From positions 2,944,001-3,008,000 of the forward strand of contig CAXXIA010000002.1 of the NCBI GenBank assembly GCA_963666985.2: a DNA stretch of 64,000 nt, written 5' to 3'. Source of the stretch: Spirochaetia bacterium (lineage in GTDB: Bacteria > Spirochaetota > Spirochaetia > DSM-2461). This document shows, one piece after another, positions 49,111 to 57,369 of this stretch; the first letter of the stretch is position 1; each line of letters begins with the position of its first letter. The notes beneath the pieces were generated by a model. The model was not told where the DNA came from and ran no database searches. It worked only from the letters and a program-made list of their open reading frames with translations. The translations under genes and the position numbers were made by a program.

Positions 49111-51207
49111 TTGGACAATCGGTCTACACTGCCCCTTATGTCCTCCCGGCGAATCCTTATCCATACGGCGCTGTTGGCCGAAGCTCGGCCTTTCATCGAT
49201 TTTTTCGGCTTGAAGCAGTACGAAACCAAGCCGTTCAAGGTTTTTCGAGGGAATGGCGTAACGCTGGTTGTATCCGGTGTGGGCGCGGAGAAAACGAAGG
49301 CTGCCCTGGCGTTTGTTCTGGAAAAAGCCGCTTCCGACGGTGCGGGTTTTAGCGCTGCCGTGAACGCCGGAATCGTCGGATGTTCCGATCCTTCGATTCC
49401 TTTGGGAAGTTTGTTTTGTGTTCGGGGAGAGAACGGCGGGATTCCCGTTTTGCCGCTTGTCTCGGTCGATACGCCCGCTCTTCGGGAGCAGGTGAGCTTC
49501 TTCGAACCGACTCTGGTGGATATGGAGGCCGGCGCCTTTCTGGAAGCCGTTACGTCGGAAGTCGTCGGCGAGGTTAGGGGAGATGATTCGCTCGGAAGCG
49601 CTGATGCGGCCGGCGGCGTTGGGGCGCCTGATGAAGAACTTCCGGGGCACGGCCAATCGGCCGGGACGAACGGTAAATCCGCTCCGCGCATCAATCCCGA
49701 TAAAATCTGGATTTTTAAGGTGACTTCCGATTATCTCAGCGATGAGATTCTGCCGAAGGAACGGGTTCGTGAGCTGATCGAAGGTGCGATGGAATGGATC
49801 GCTATGGCCGTGCCGGGGGATTCAAAACTGGACGGACTGATGGATGTTTCGGGATACCGCAGGATGCATCCGGCCGATCGTTTTGCCCTTTGGCGGGTTG
49901 CGCGGGAATTCGCCAAAGGTAAAAAAACGAACGATACCGACGGCAGTCACGGCGGCTCCCGGCAGGCGCGTGTGTCGAAGATGTCCTTTCAGGAACTCCG
50001 GCTTCTTATCGATATGGCACTGGATTTCCGTCAGTGGGGTGAGACGCCGCTCTGCGAACTGATCGGCGGCGAGGGGGATGGGGCGGCCGCCATTGAGACC
50101 GGTACCGCCATAAAGCATTCGACCGCCGACAGCATAGGATCTGCCGCGAAGTACACAGCCGCTGAGTCCCCCTATAAACGCATCCGCGCAACTTGGGAAA
50201 ACCTGCGCAGCGCCCCCAAGTCCTATCGCGGCTTTACCGGACAAATCCCCGAAGATCTGAAGAAACTGGAAATCCGCAGCGCTCAAACCCCGCCCGGACT
50301 GGGACACTGCCCGGTGGAATCGGAAGGCACCCGATGCTGCCGTCTGACCACCCTGGACGTGGTGGAGGGCTGCGCCTTCAACTGTAGCTACTGCGCGATT
50401 CGCGGTTTTTACAGTTCGGACCGAATCACCTTCCATGAACACCTTGCGGAAAAATTGGAGAAGCTCGATCTGGATCCGAAAATCACCTATCACATCGGCA
50501 CCGGGCAGTCCTCCGATTCCCTGCTCTGGGGAAACCGCTGCGGCCTCCTGGACGACCTCTTCCAGTTTGCCGTCTCTCATCCCAGTGTGATTCTGGAACT
50601 CAAAACCAAAGCGGCGGACATTACCTCTCTGGCGGACCGCTCCATCCCGCCCAACGTCCTTTGCACCTGGTCGCTGAACACACCCACAATCATTGAAAAT
50701 GAAGAACACGGCGGCGCCGATCTTCCCTCCCGACTGGACGCGGCCCGCGCCGTCGCCGACAAGGGCACTCTGGTCGGCTTTCATTTTCATCCCATCGTGG
50801 ATTATGAAGGCGGCCGGGAGGAATACGCACAAATCATCAAGCAACTCATCACCCGCTTTAAACCCGAAGAAATCGCCATGATCTCCTTCGGCACGCTCAC
50901 CTTCACCAAGCCGGTGATTCGCGCCCTGCGCGAGAGAGGCGGCCGCAGCAAAGTTCTCCAAATGCCGATGTCCGAAATCGCCGGAAAGTTCTCCTATCCC
51001 TTCGATGTGAAAAAAGAAATGTTCGCCCACGCCTACCGCGCCTTCGCCGAGTGGCACGGAAAAGTCTTCTTCTATCTCTGCATGGAAGATGTTGAGCTCT
51101 GGGAGCCGTGCCTGGGGCATTCCTATCCGAACAACGAAGCCTTCGAATCCGCGATGATTCAGGCCTACAAGGACAAAATCGATGAAAAACGTCTATCTCA
51201 CCGGTAG
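49111..51207 (+). CDS. Fusion of a nucleoside phosphorylase/nucleosidase-like domain and a spore-photoproduct-lyase-like radical SAM domain
   Basis: N-half: TAL.AEA, SGVG, NAGIVG, VDMEA, KVTSD. C-half: CAFNCSYC, GTGQSSDS, ELKTK, WSLN, GFHFHP, YLCME. The start may be ATG 49138. Confidence 0.8.
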   Translation: MDNRSTLPLMSSRRILIHTALLAEARPFIDFFGLKQYETKPFKVFRGNGVTLVVSGVGAEKTKAALAFVLEKAASDGAGFSAAVNAGIVGCSDPSIPLGSLFCVRGENGGIPVLPLVSVDTPALREQVSFFEPTLVDMEAGAFLEAVTSEVVGEVRGDDSLGSADAAGGVGAPDEELPGHGQSAGTNGKSAPRINPDKIWIFKVTSDYLSDEILPKERVRELIEGAMEWIAMAVPGDSKLDGLMDVSGYRRMHPADRFALWRVAREFAKGKKTNDTDGSHGGSRQARVSKMSFQELRLLIDMALDFRQWGETPLCELIGGEGDGAAAIETGTAIKHSTADSIGSAAKYTAAESPYKRIRATWENLRSAPKSYRGFTGQIPEDLKKLEIRSAQTPPGLGHCPVESEGTRCCRLTTLDVVEGCAFNCSYCAIRGFYSSDRITFHEHLAEKLEKLDLDPKITYHIGTGQSSDSLLWGNRCGLLDDLFQFAVSHPSVILELKTKAADITSLADRSIPPNVLCTWSLNTPTIIENEEHGGADLPSRLDAARAVADKGTLVGFHFHPIVDYEGGREEYAQIIKQLITRFKPEEIAMISFGTLTFTKPVIRALRERGGRSKVLQMPMSEIAGKFSYPFDVKKEMFAHAYRAFAEWHGKVFFYLCMEDVELWEPCLGHSYPNNEAFESAMIQAYKDKIDEKRLSHR

Positions 51208-51826
51208 CACAGGCGGTATCGGACGCGCCCTCTTTGCTCTCCTGGAAACCTCCGGCTATAACGTGATTCGGGTAACAAGCCGGCTGGAGGATACGGAGGC
51301 TCTGACGAAGGAAGTGACTGATCTCCTGAAGGCTCATCCGGCGGATGTTCTGATTAACTGTGCGGGCTTCGGCGTTTTTCGCCCCCATGAGGAAATCCCC
51401 GTTGAAACCATCACAAAGCTGATCGCGGTGAATCTGACCGCTCCGATGATTTTGAGCAAGCTTTGCTTGCGACCCCTCAAAGCCCGGCGGGGTGCCATCG
51501 TCAACATAACCTCGGTGGAGGCCACCCGGCACGCCCGCAATTCCGCGCTCTACACCGCGGCCAAAGCGGGCCTTCGGCACTTTTCCCTGGCCCTCTTCGA
51601 AGAAGTCCGCCGCGCCGGAGTCCGCGTTACCTCCGTTAACCCAGGAATCACCCGGTCCGGCTTCTTTACCGACCTGGATTTCGAGCCCCGAGAGGATGCC
51701 GACTATGCCCTGGAACCGGAAGAGGTTGCCCGCCAGGTTCTGGCCGTTCTGGAATCCGAAGCGGCCGTTACCGATGTAACCATCCTGCCGCAGAAAGAAG
51801 GCGTGGAGCGTAAAAAAAGGCCATGA
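51182..51826 (+). CDS. Short-chain dehydrogenase/reductase
   Basis: TGSTGGIG, INCAG, NITS, YTAAK, VNPG; overlaps the upstream gene by 26 nt. Confidence 0.92.
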   Translation: MKNVYLTGSTGGIGRALFALLETSGYNVIRVTSRLEDTEALTKEVTDLLKAHPADVLINCAGFGVFRPHEEIPVETITKLIAVNLTAPMILSKLCLRPLKARRGAIVNITSVEATRHARNSALYTAAKAGLRHFSLALFEEVRRAGVRVTSVNPGITRSGFFTDLDFEPREDADYALEPEEVARQVLAVLESEAAVTDVTILPQKEGVERKKRP

Positions 51827-51839
51827 GAAATTTAATAAA

Positions 51840-51979
51840 GGCTCAATGGAAAAATTGTGGATTTGTGTTCGGAAGCAAGGCCACCGGAGCGCAGAAAGCG
51901 CAAAGTAGTAGAGCTACATGAGCATTTCGAGCACCGCTGAACGCAGCCTACGGACCAAAGGCGCATTTTTACATGAGCC
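51840..51979. mobile_element. About 140-bp palindromic element (RPE-1-like/MITE-like)
   Basis: Imperfect terminal inverted repeats GGCTCAATGGAAAAAT / ATTTTTACATGAGCC; internal GAGCGCAGAAA...GTAG-TAGAG-CTAC...TTTCGAGCACCG. Confidence 0.6.
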
Positions 51980-52955
51980 GTCCCCCAAGGTCAGCGTCAT
52001 CATTCCAACCCACAACCGCGGCTGGTGCATTAAGCGGGCCGTTGAATCGGTCCTGGCTCAAACCTTTCGGGATTTCGATCTCTGGATTATCGACGACGGG
52101 AGCACCGATGGAACGAGTGAGCTCGTTCGGCACATAGCCGCAACGGAACAGGGCATCCCGGTTCATTACCGACGCATTAATCATCAGGGCGTATCGGCCG
52201 CCCGAAATACCGGCGCGCGGCTCTCTTCCGGCCGATATCTGGCCTTTCTTGATTCGGACGATGAATGGATGAAGGAAAAACTGGCGCTTCAGGTGCCCCT
52301 GCTTGATGAGTATCCCGAGGCGGCTCTGGTTCATACCCGCGAGCAATGGATTCGAAACGGCAAGCGGGTCAACATTCCCAAAGCTTATGAAAAGTCCGGC
52401 GGCTGGGTGTACCGGCAATGCCTGCCGCTCTGCATGATTGGGCCGTCAACGGTTGTGATTCGCCGAGAAGTGTTCGATGAGGCCGGCGGCTTTGATGAAT
52501 CCTTTCCGGCCTGTGAAGACTACGATCTTTGGCTCAAAATCACTTCCCGCCGGCCGGTTGTTCTCTGTGATGAAGAACTGATTGTGAAATACGGCGGGCA
52601 CAATCAGCTTTCTACCCAAATGCCGGTTCTGGATTCCTGGCGCATCAAAGCCCTCTGCGGGAGTCTTGAAGATTTACGCACTCGGGCAGACGTTCGGCCT
52701 GACCAAGCTGCTCAGTCTGACTCTGTCGCCCAGACCACCCGCATTTCCCGTGACTCCCGGACAAGCGGCAATGATGTCGCACCAGCTCCCTGTGGCGGAG
52801 AAACTTCTGCCGACCGGATTGCCGCGACAATCCGGGAAATCAAGAAAAAAGCGGCCGTGGTTATCAACGGTTACAGGAAGCACGGCCGACCGGAAGAAGC
52901 GGAAAAACTCTCCCGGGAAATCCAAACGGTGCTGGGGAATACGGCGGACATCTGA
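51918..52955 (+). CDS. Glycosyltransferase family 2
   Basis: VSVIIPTHNR, IDDGSTD, GVSAARN, FLDSDD, CEDYDLWL. Confidence 0.93.
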   Translation: MSISSTAERSLRTKGAFLHEPSPKVSVIIPTHNRGWCIKRAVESVLAQTFRDFDLWIIDDGSTDGTSELVRHIAATEQGIPVHYRRINHQGVSAARNTGARLSSGRYLAFLDSDDEWMKEKLALQVPLLDEYPEAALVHTREQWIRNGKRVNIPKAYEKSGGWVYRQCLPLCMIGPSTVVIRREVFDEAGGFDESFPACEDYDLWLKITSRRPVVLCDEELIVKYGGHNQLSTQMPVLDSWRIKALCGSLEDLRTRADVRPDQAAQSDSVAQTTRISRDSRTSGNDVAPAPCGGETSADRIAATIREIKKKAAVVINGYRKHGRPEEAEKLSREIQTVLGNTADI

Positions 52956-53039
52956 GTCAGTGTTTTCCTGTAGGTTTCGGCATTTCTCGGCAGTTCGTGA
53001 TAGAATAAACAATATATCACTGATATCCCGGAGGCTCCC

Positions 53040-54264
53040 ATGATACTCCGTCGTTTTGCTCTTGGCGCCATAGTTCTGTTTGCCGCTGTTTCCTCACTTT
53101 CTTCTCAGGAGAACAAGACCGCGCTGATCATCGGCAACAGCTCTTACTCTCATTTCTCGCGATTAACTCAGCCGGTGGGCGAGGCCCGGCAGATGAGCGC
53201 CGCCTTGCGGCGTCTGGGGTTTGATGTGACTTTGCTTCTGGACGGGACTCAGGATGAGATGTACGGAGCCTTGACCGATTTTGAGTATAAGCTCAAATCC
53301 CGTGGCGGCCTGGCATTTTTTCATTTCGGCGGGCACGGCGTGCAGGTGGACGGGGCGAATTATCTCATTCCGGTGGACTCTGAAATTCCCGACGAGAGGC
53401 GGGTGAAGAGCCGGGCCCTGGATGTGGACGAAATCCTCGGTTTGATGGAATCATCGGGCAGTGATACCAATGTGATAATTCTGGATGCCTGCCGGGACAA
53501 TCCTCTTCCCGCCGGTAGCCGCAGCGGAACCCGCGGACTGGCCGCGGTGCACAGGCCGCCGCCGAACTCTATCATCGTCTATGCCGCCGATGCCGGAGAC
53601 ACCGCGCAGGACGGACTTTTTACACCGACGCTGCTGAAGTATCTCGAAACTCCCGGCGGCACTTTCCGGATGGGCTCGAATAATGGCGATGATGATGAGA
53701 AACCTATCCATAGCGTGACGGTGAGTGATTTCTGGATTGGAGAGCATGAGGTAACGCAGGGTGAATGGCGGGAGGTGATGGGCACCACGATCAGCCGGCA
53801 GAGAGACAAAGCGAATCCCGACTGGTCCTTAAAAGGAGAATATCAGTTGCAACTTCAACGCGAACGGGTACCGTCTGCCAACCGAGGCCGAGTGGGAGTA
53901 TGCGGCTCGGGGAGGTGCATCCGGCAGGGATACTACGTATGCGGGCGGCAATTCTCTTGGAAATTTGGGCTGGTATAGTGATAATTCGGGAAGGAGTACT
54001 CATCCGGTAGGCCGGAAGGCTCCCAATGAGCTGGGTCTGTACGATATGAGCGGCAATGTCTGGGAGTGGTGCTGGGACTGGTATGGGAGTTATTCTTCGG
54101 GGAGCCAGAATAACCCGGCCGGTACGCCCTCGGGCTCGATCCGTGTGAGACGCGGCGGCAGTTGGGACTTTCGCGCTTCGTTCTGCCGGACGGCCGATCG
54201 GGACTACGGCAGTCCGGGTATCCGCTTCGACTACCTGGGCTTCCGCCTGGCTCGCCGCCCCTAG
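53040..54264 (+). pseudogene. Signal peptide + caspase-like (C14) + FGE-sulfatase/CLec domain gene with internal deletions and a frameshift; probable DGR target
   Basis: ALIIGN, HFGGHG, ILDACR, then GTFRMGS, EVTQ. After a frame change near 53838: YRLPTEAEWEYAARGG, NELGLYDMSGNVWEWCWD, RGGSW, LGFRLAR. Confidence 0.8.
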
Positions 54265-54352
54265 TACGACCGGGGAAAAATACGTACTTTTTCGGATAAA
54301 ATACTTTCACATAACTAAGCGGTAGAGTCGAAATGAAAAAGAGAAAGAGCCT

Positions 54353-55537
54353 ATGCGTAAAGAAACCAGCAAACTGATTCTAAAAAAAGGAAGAGAGAAA
54401 GCGGTATTAAATCATCATCCCTGGCTTTTCTCAGGGTCGGTACAGGAAATCATTGGAACACCGGTTAACGGCGACATTATTCAGGTCTGCGACAGTAAGC
54501 ACAATTATATCGGTACCGGTTTTATGAATCCGGGGAAGTCTTTGACGGTCAGGTTTCTGAGCTTCGAGGATTTGCCGATTAACGGGGCTTTCTGGGAAAA
54601 TCGCATAGAAAGAGCACTTGGTTTCCGTAAAAATCTTATCAATGAGAACACCGATGCCTACAGGCTTATCCATGGAGAGGGCGATATGATGCCCGGGCTG
54701 ACCGTGGATCAATATGCCGATTATCTTGTAACTCAGATATCGACAAGCGGCATGGAAAGGGTGAAAGAGCAACTATACGAGATTCTGCTGGAAAAAACCG
54801 GGGCCCTTGGACTCTACGAAAAAAACAACTTTTCCTCGCGGAAATCTGAGAAATTGCCCCTATACGAGGCTGTTTTTCAGGGAAGTATTCCCGAAGAGAT
54901 TCCAATAACGGAAAACGGATATAAGTTTCAGGTCAATATAAGAACCGGACAAAAAACGGGATTCTTTCTTGATCAACGGGATAACCGTACCTGCGTTAAG
55001 AACTTATCCGAAGGGAGAAAGGTTTTAAATGCCTGCTGCTACACCGGCGGATTTACCATTTACGCCGCCGCCGGTGGCGCTCGGAGCACATTAAGCTTGG
55101 ATATTTCGGAAAACGCGTTGAAGGCGGCGCAAGAGAATATGCGTCTTAACGGGTTTGACTCTGAAAATCACGGATATGAAACCGGAAACATATTCGACAA
55201 GCTGAAAACATACAAAGATGAGAATTTTAACCTGATCGTGCTGGATCCGCCGGCCTTTGCGAAAAGCAGAGAAACGGTAAACTCGGCCGCAAGGGGATAC
55301 AAGGAAATCAACAGGCAGGCTTTGAGCATCATGGCCCCCGGAGGGATTCTTGTTACCTGTTCCTGCTCACAGCACGTGGATAGAAATCTGTTTCAAAAAA
55401 TCGTTCACGACGCGGCAATCGAGGCCGGAAGATTTATCAGAGTGATTGAATATCGATCACAAGCATCGGATCATCCGATAAGCATGGATCTTCCCGAAGG
55501 GGAATATCTGAAATGCCTGATTGTATATGTGGAATGA
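54353..55537 (+). CDS. rlmI: Class I SAM-dependent rRNA methyltransferase (RlmI-like)
   Basis: HPWLFS, GQKTGFFLDQR, YTGGF, LDPPAF, TCSCS, YLK. Confidence 0.88.
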   Translation: MRKETSKLILKKGREKAVLNHHPWLFSGSVQEIIGTPVNGDIIQVCDSKHNYIGTGFMNPGKSLTVRFLSFEDLPINGAFWENRIERALGFRKNLINENTDAYRLIHGEGDMMPGLTVDQYADYLVTQISTSGMERVKEQLYEILLEKTGALGLYEKNNFSSRKSEKLPLYEAVFQGSIPEEIPITENGYKFQVNIRTGQKTGFFLDQRDNRTCVKNLSEGRKVLNACCYTGGFTIYAAAGGARSTLSLDISENALKAAQENMRLNGFDSENHGYETGNIFDKLKTYKDENFNLIVLDPPAFAKSRETVNSAARGYKEINRQALSIMAPGGILVTCSCSQHVDRNLFQKIVHDAAIEAGRFIRVIEYRSQASDHPISMDLPEGEYLKCLIVYVE

Positions 55538-55551
55538 ATCTTCGAATGGAA

Positions 55552-56838
55552 TCATCCGGCCCTGCTGATTCTCTTTCTCATCATTTCCCTCAGCCATAAC
55601 CCCGGCCTTGAAGCGGTCAGCGTTAATGGAGCGTAAAACGCCCAGAAAGCGGAGCAGTCCTGAACGACGATGCCGGCGGCCCTAAGGAACATCGCGGCGA
55701 TCAGCCCCAAAAGATTCACCGTCCAGAACCAGGAAAGAACGATTTGAGCTTTTCGGCGCCGCTCTTCGGATGATTTTCGGCCGAGGAAAACAGACAAAGG
55801 CACCAGGGCGAACAAAATCGTGGGAAAAGCCGGCCAGAGATTCAAGTTGCCGTGAGCCGCGAAATGGTCGGTGAAGGCCATGAGAAATCCGAGCAGACCC
55901 CCGGGGAGTCCGACGATAAGGATAATCAGGGTTCCTGTAATTCCTGCCGTGGCGTGTTTCCAACGGCCGGCACCGGAGTGTTGAGGCGGCCGAAATAAAA
56001 ACGCCCAAAGAACGGAAAGCAGCAGGCCGAAGAGAGCGGCAATCGGCCAAAGAACCTTCGGCGAATCGGGAACCGGCGGACGCGTCGAGGTTTTCAGAAC
56101 GAGAGGATCGCCGGCCAATGTCCTCCTGATGCCGCCGCTGTCGATATAGGTGAGTTTCATCGATTCCTCGGCCACACGCTGCGGAAGGAACATCATGTCC
56201 CATTTATCAACCGGTACATCCGATGAAGGACCGAGGAGAAAATGAAGAAGAAATTCGGCGGCAACAGACTCATGCGCTCCTGTTCTGGCGTAATGCCGAA
56301 AGGTTAAATCCGGCCGGTTTTCCGTCGCGGCCTTCAATTGACCGCCGGTGGAATCGTTTAAAATGTCGCGGATAATCGTGGAGCAGTTATTCAGAAAGTA
56401 GTCGTAAAGGTATTCTCTGTTTTCGGGCAGAACCCACCGGCGCAGTACCCGCCGGAGTTCTTGAATCTCGTTATCGCCGAGATTCAAAGGATAAACGGTC
56501 AAATCCCGATCTTCCATCTGAGAGTAGCGGAGAAAGGTGTCCGTCGGGGTTTTCAGGCCGAGGTAGATCATCTTCCCCATGGCGAAATCCCTATAGAAAT
56601 TCTCTGAATAAAACGAAAAATTACCAAAGTCGTAAAACAGGCTCTCTCCCGTATCGGTTTGCTCGATAGCGAGGCCGATGTGTCCCCAATAGGTATAAAT
56701 AGGATCCCCCGGACCGACGATGATCAGCTCCGCTTTCAGGTTTTTATCGGCAAAAACGGGTATGAGAGACGAAACGAAGAGCAGGAAGATCAAATTTAGA
56801 CGAAAAAAGTGGTTTTTAGGGCGAAGAAATGACGTCAT
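55552..56838 (-). CDS. DUF4105/Lnb-like membrane protein (putative lipoprotein N-acyltransferase)
   Basis: GPG..IY..WGH, YDFG.F, YLYDYFLNNCST.IRD, MFLP; C-terminal TM helices. Confidence 0.75.
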   Translation of the reverse strand: MTSFLRPKNHFFRLNLIFLLFVSSLIPVFADKNLKAELIIVGPGDPIYTYWGHIGLAIEQTDTGESLFYDFGNFSFYSENFYRDFAMGKMIYLGLKTPTDTFLRYSQMEDRDLTVYPLNLGDNEIQELRRVLRRWVLPENREYLYDYFLNNCSTIIRDILNDSTGGQLKAATENRPDLTFRHYARTGAHESVAAEFLLHFLLGPSSDVPVDKWDMMFLPQRVAEESMKLTYIDSGGIRRTLAGDPLVLKTSTRPPVPDSPKVLWPIAALFGLLLSVLWAFLFRPPQHSGAGRWKHATAGITGTLIILIVGLPGGLLGFLMAFTDHFAAHGNLNLWPAFPTILFALVPLSVFLGRKSSEERRRKAQIVLSWFWTVNLLGLIAAMFLRAAGIVVQDCSAFWAFYAPLTLTASRPGLWLREMMRKRISRAG

Positions 56839-56887
56839 AGAATAATCATAGGTCTCTTTAGGGGAGGACGGGAACCGGGATTAGGGG

Positions 56888-56919
56888 TATAATATGGAGA
56901 ACTACTGTCAACGAAGGAG
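56888..56919 (+). promoter_or_regulatory. -10 box and RBS of the histone gene
   Basis: TATAAT at 56888-56893; AAGGAG at 56914-56919, 6 nt before the ATG. Confidence 0.6.
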
Positions 56920-56925
56920 CCCGCA

Positions 56926-57111
56926 ATGGCTGAAAAAGAAACCTTGGTAATTGCCTCGAAAGTGAAGGCATACATCAAAACGACCGCCGACATGAAGTGT
57001 TCGGCCGCCGTCATCGACGTCCTCTCCGATAAAATTCGCGAAATGTGCGATACAGCTATCGAGAATGCCAAGGCCGCGAAAAGAAAGACTGTCCAAGACA
57101 AGGATTTCTAA
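56926..57111 (+). CDS. Bacterial histone-fold protein (Bd0055/Leptospira-type singlet)
   Basis: LVIASKVKAYIK...M.CS...ID.LS.KI..MC..AI..AKAAKRKTVQDKDF; has the histone L2-loop RKTVxxxD signature. Confidence 0.88.
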   Translation: MAEKETLVIASKVKAYIKTTADMKCSAAVIDVLSDKIREMCDTAIENAKAAKRKTVQDKDF

Positions 57112-57160
57112 AAGACTTTCTTTTCCGAAACCGGAAATACCGGATTTACACATTTATTTG

Positions 57161-57190
57161 AAAAGGCTGTCCGTGAGGGCGGCCTTTTTT
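57161..57190 (+). terminator. Intrinsic terminator after the histone gene
   Basis: AAAAGGCTGTCC-GTGA-GGGCGGCCTTTTTT. Confidence 0.85.
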
Positions 57191-57369
57191 GCTTTTTTTC
57201 TTATGGGCGTTCCCGAGAAAATCATTTTTGGGAAAATCTCATTAGGGTATTCCGCGTTCAACATCAGCTGTGATAAATTGATGGAAAGCTGGGCTGGGGC
57301 CGGTATTCCGTATCATAGTGATTAATATTCGGTTGTCAGTGGTTCGAATCCTAAAAAGAGTTAATTATA

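Noticed and set aside
53040..55537. Complete DGR cassette
   Set aside because: No reverse transcriptase, avd or second copy of the variable region was found in the window; the next gene is rlmI.
57325..57360. tRNA gene suggested by GGTTCGAATCC
   Set aside because: The T-stem cannot be completed, and there is no acceptor stem, D-arm or CCA. At most it is a remnant or a chance match.
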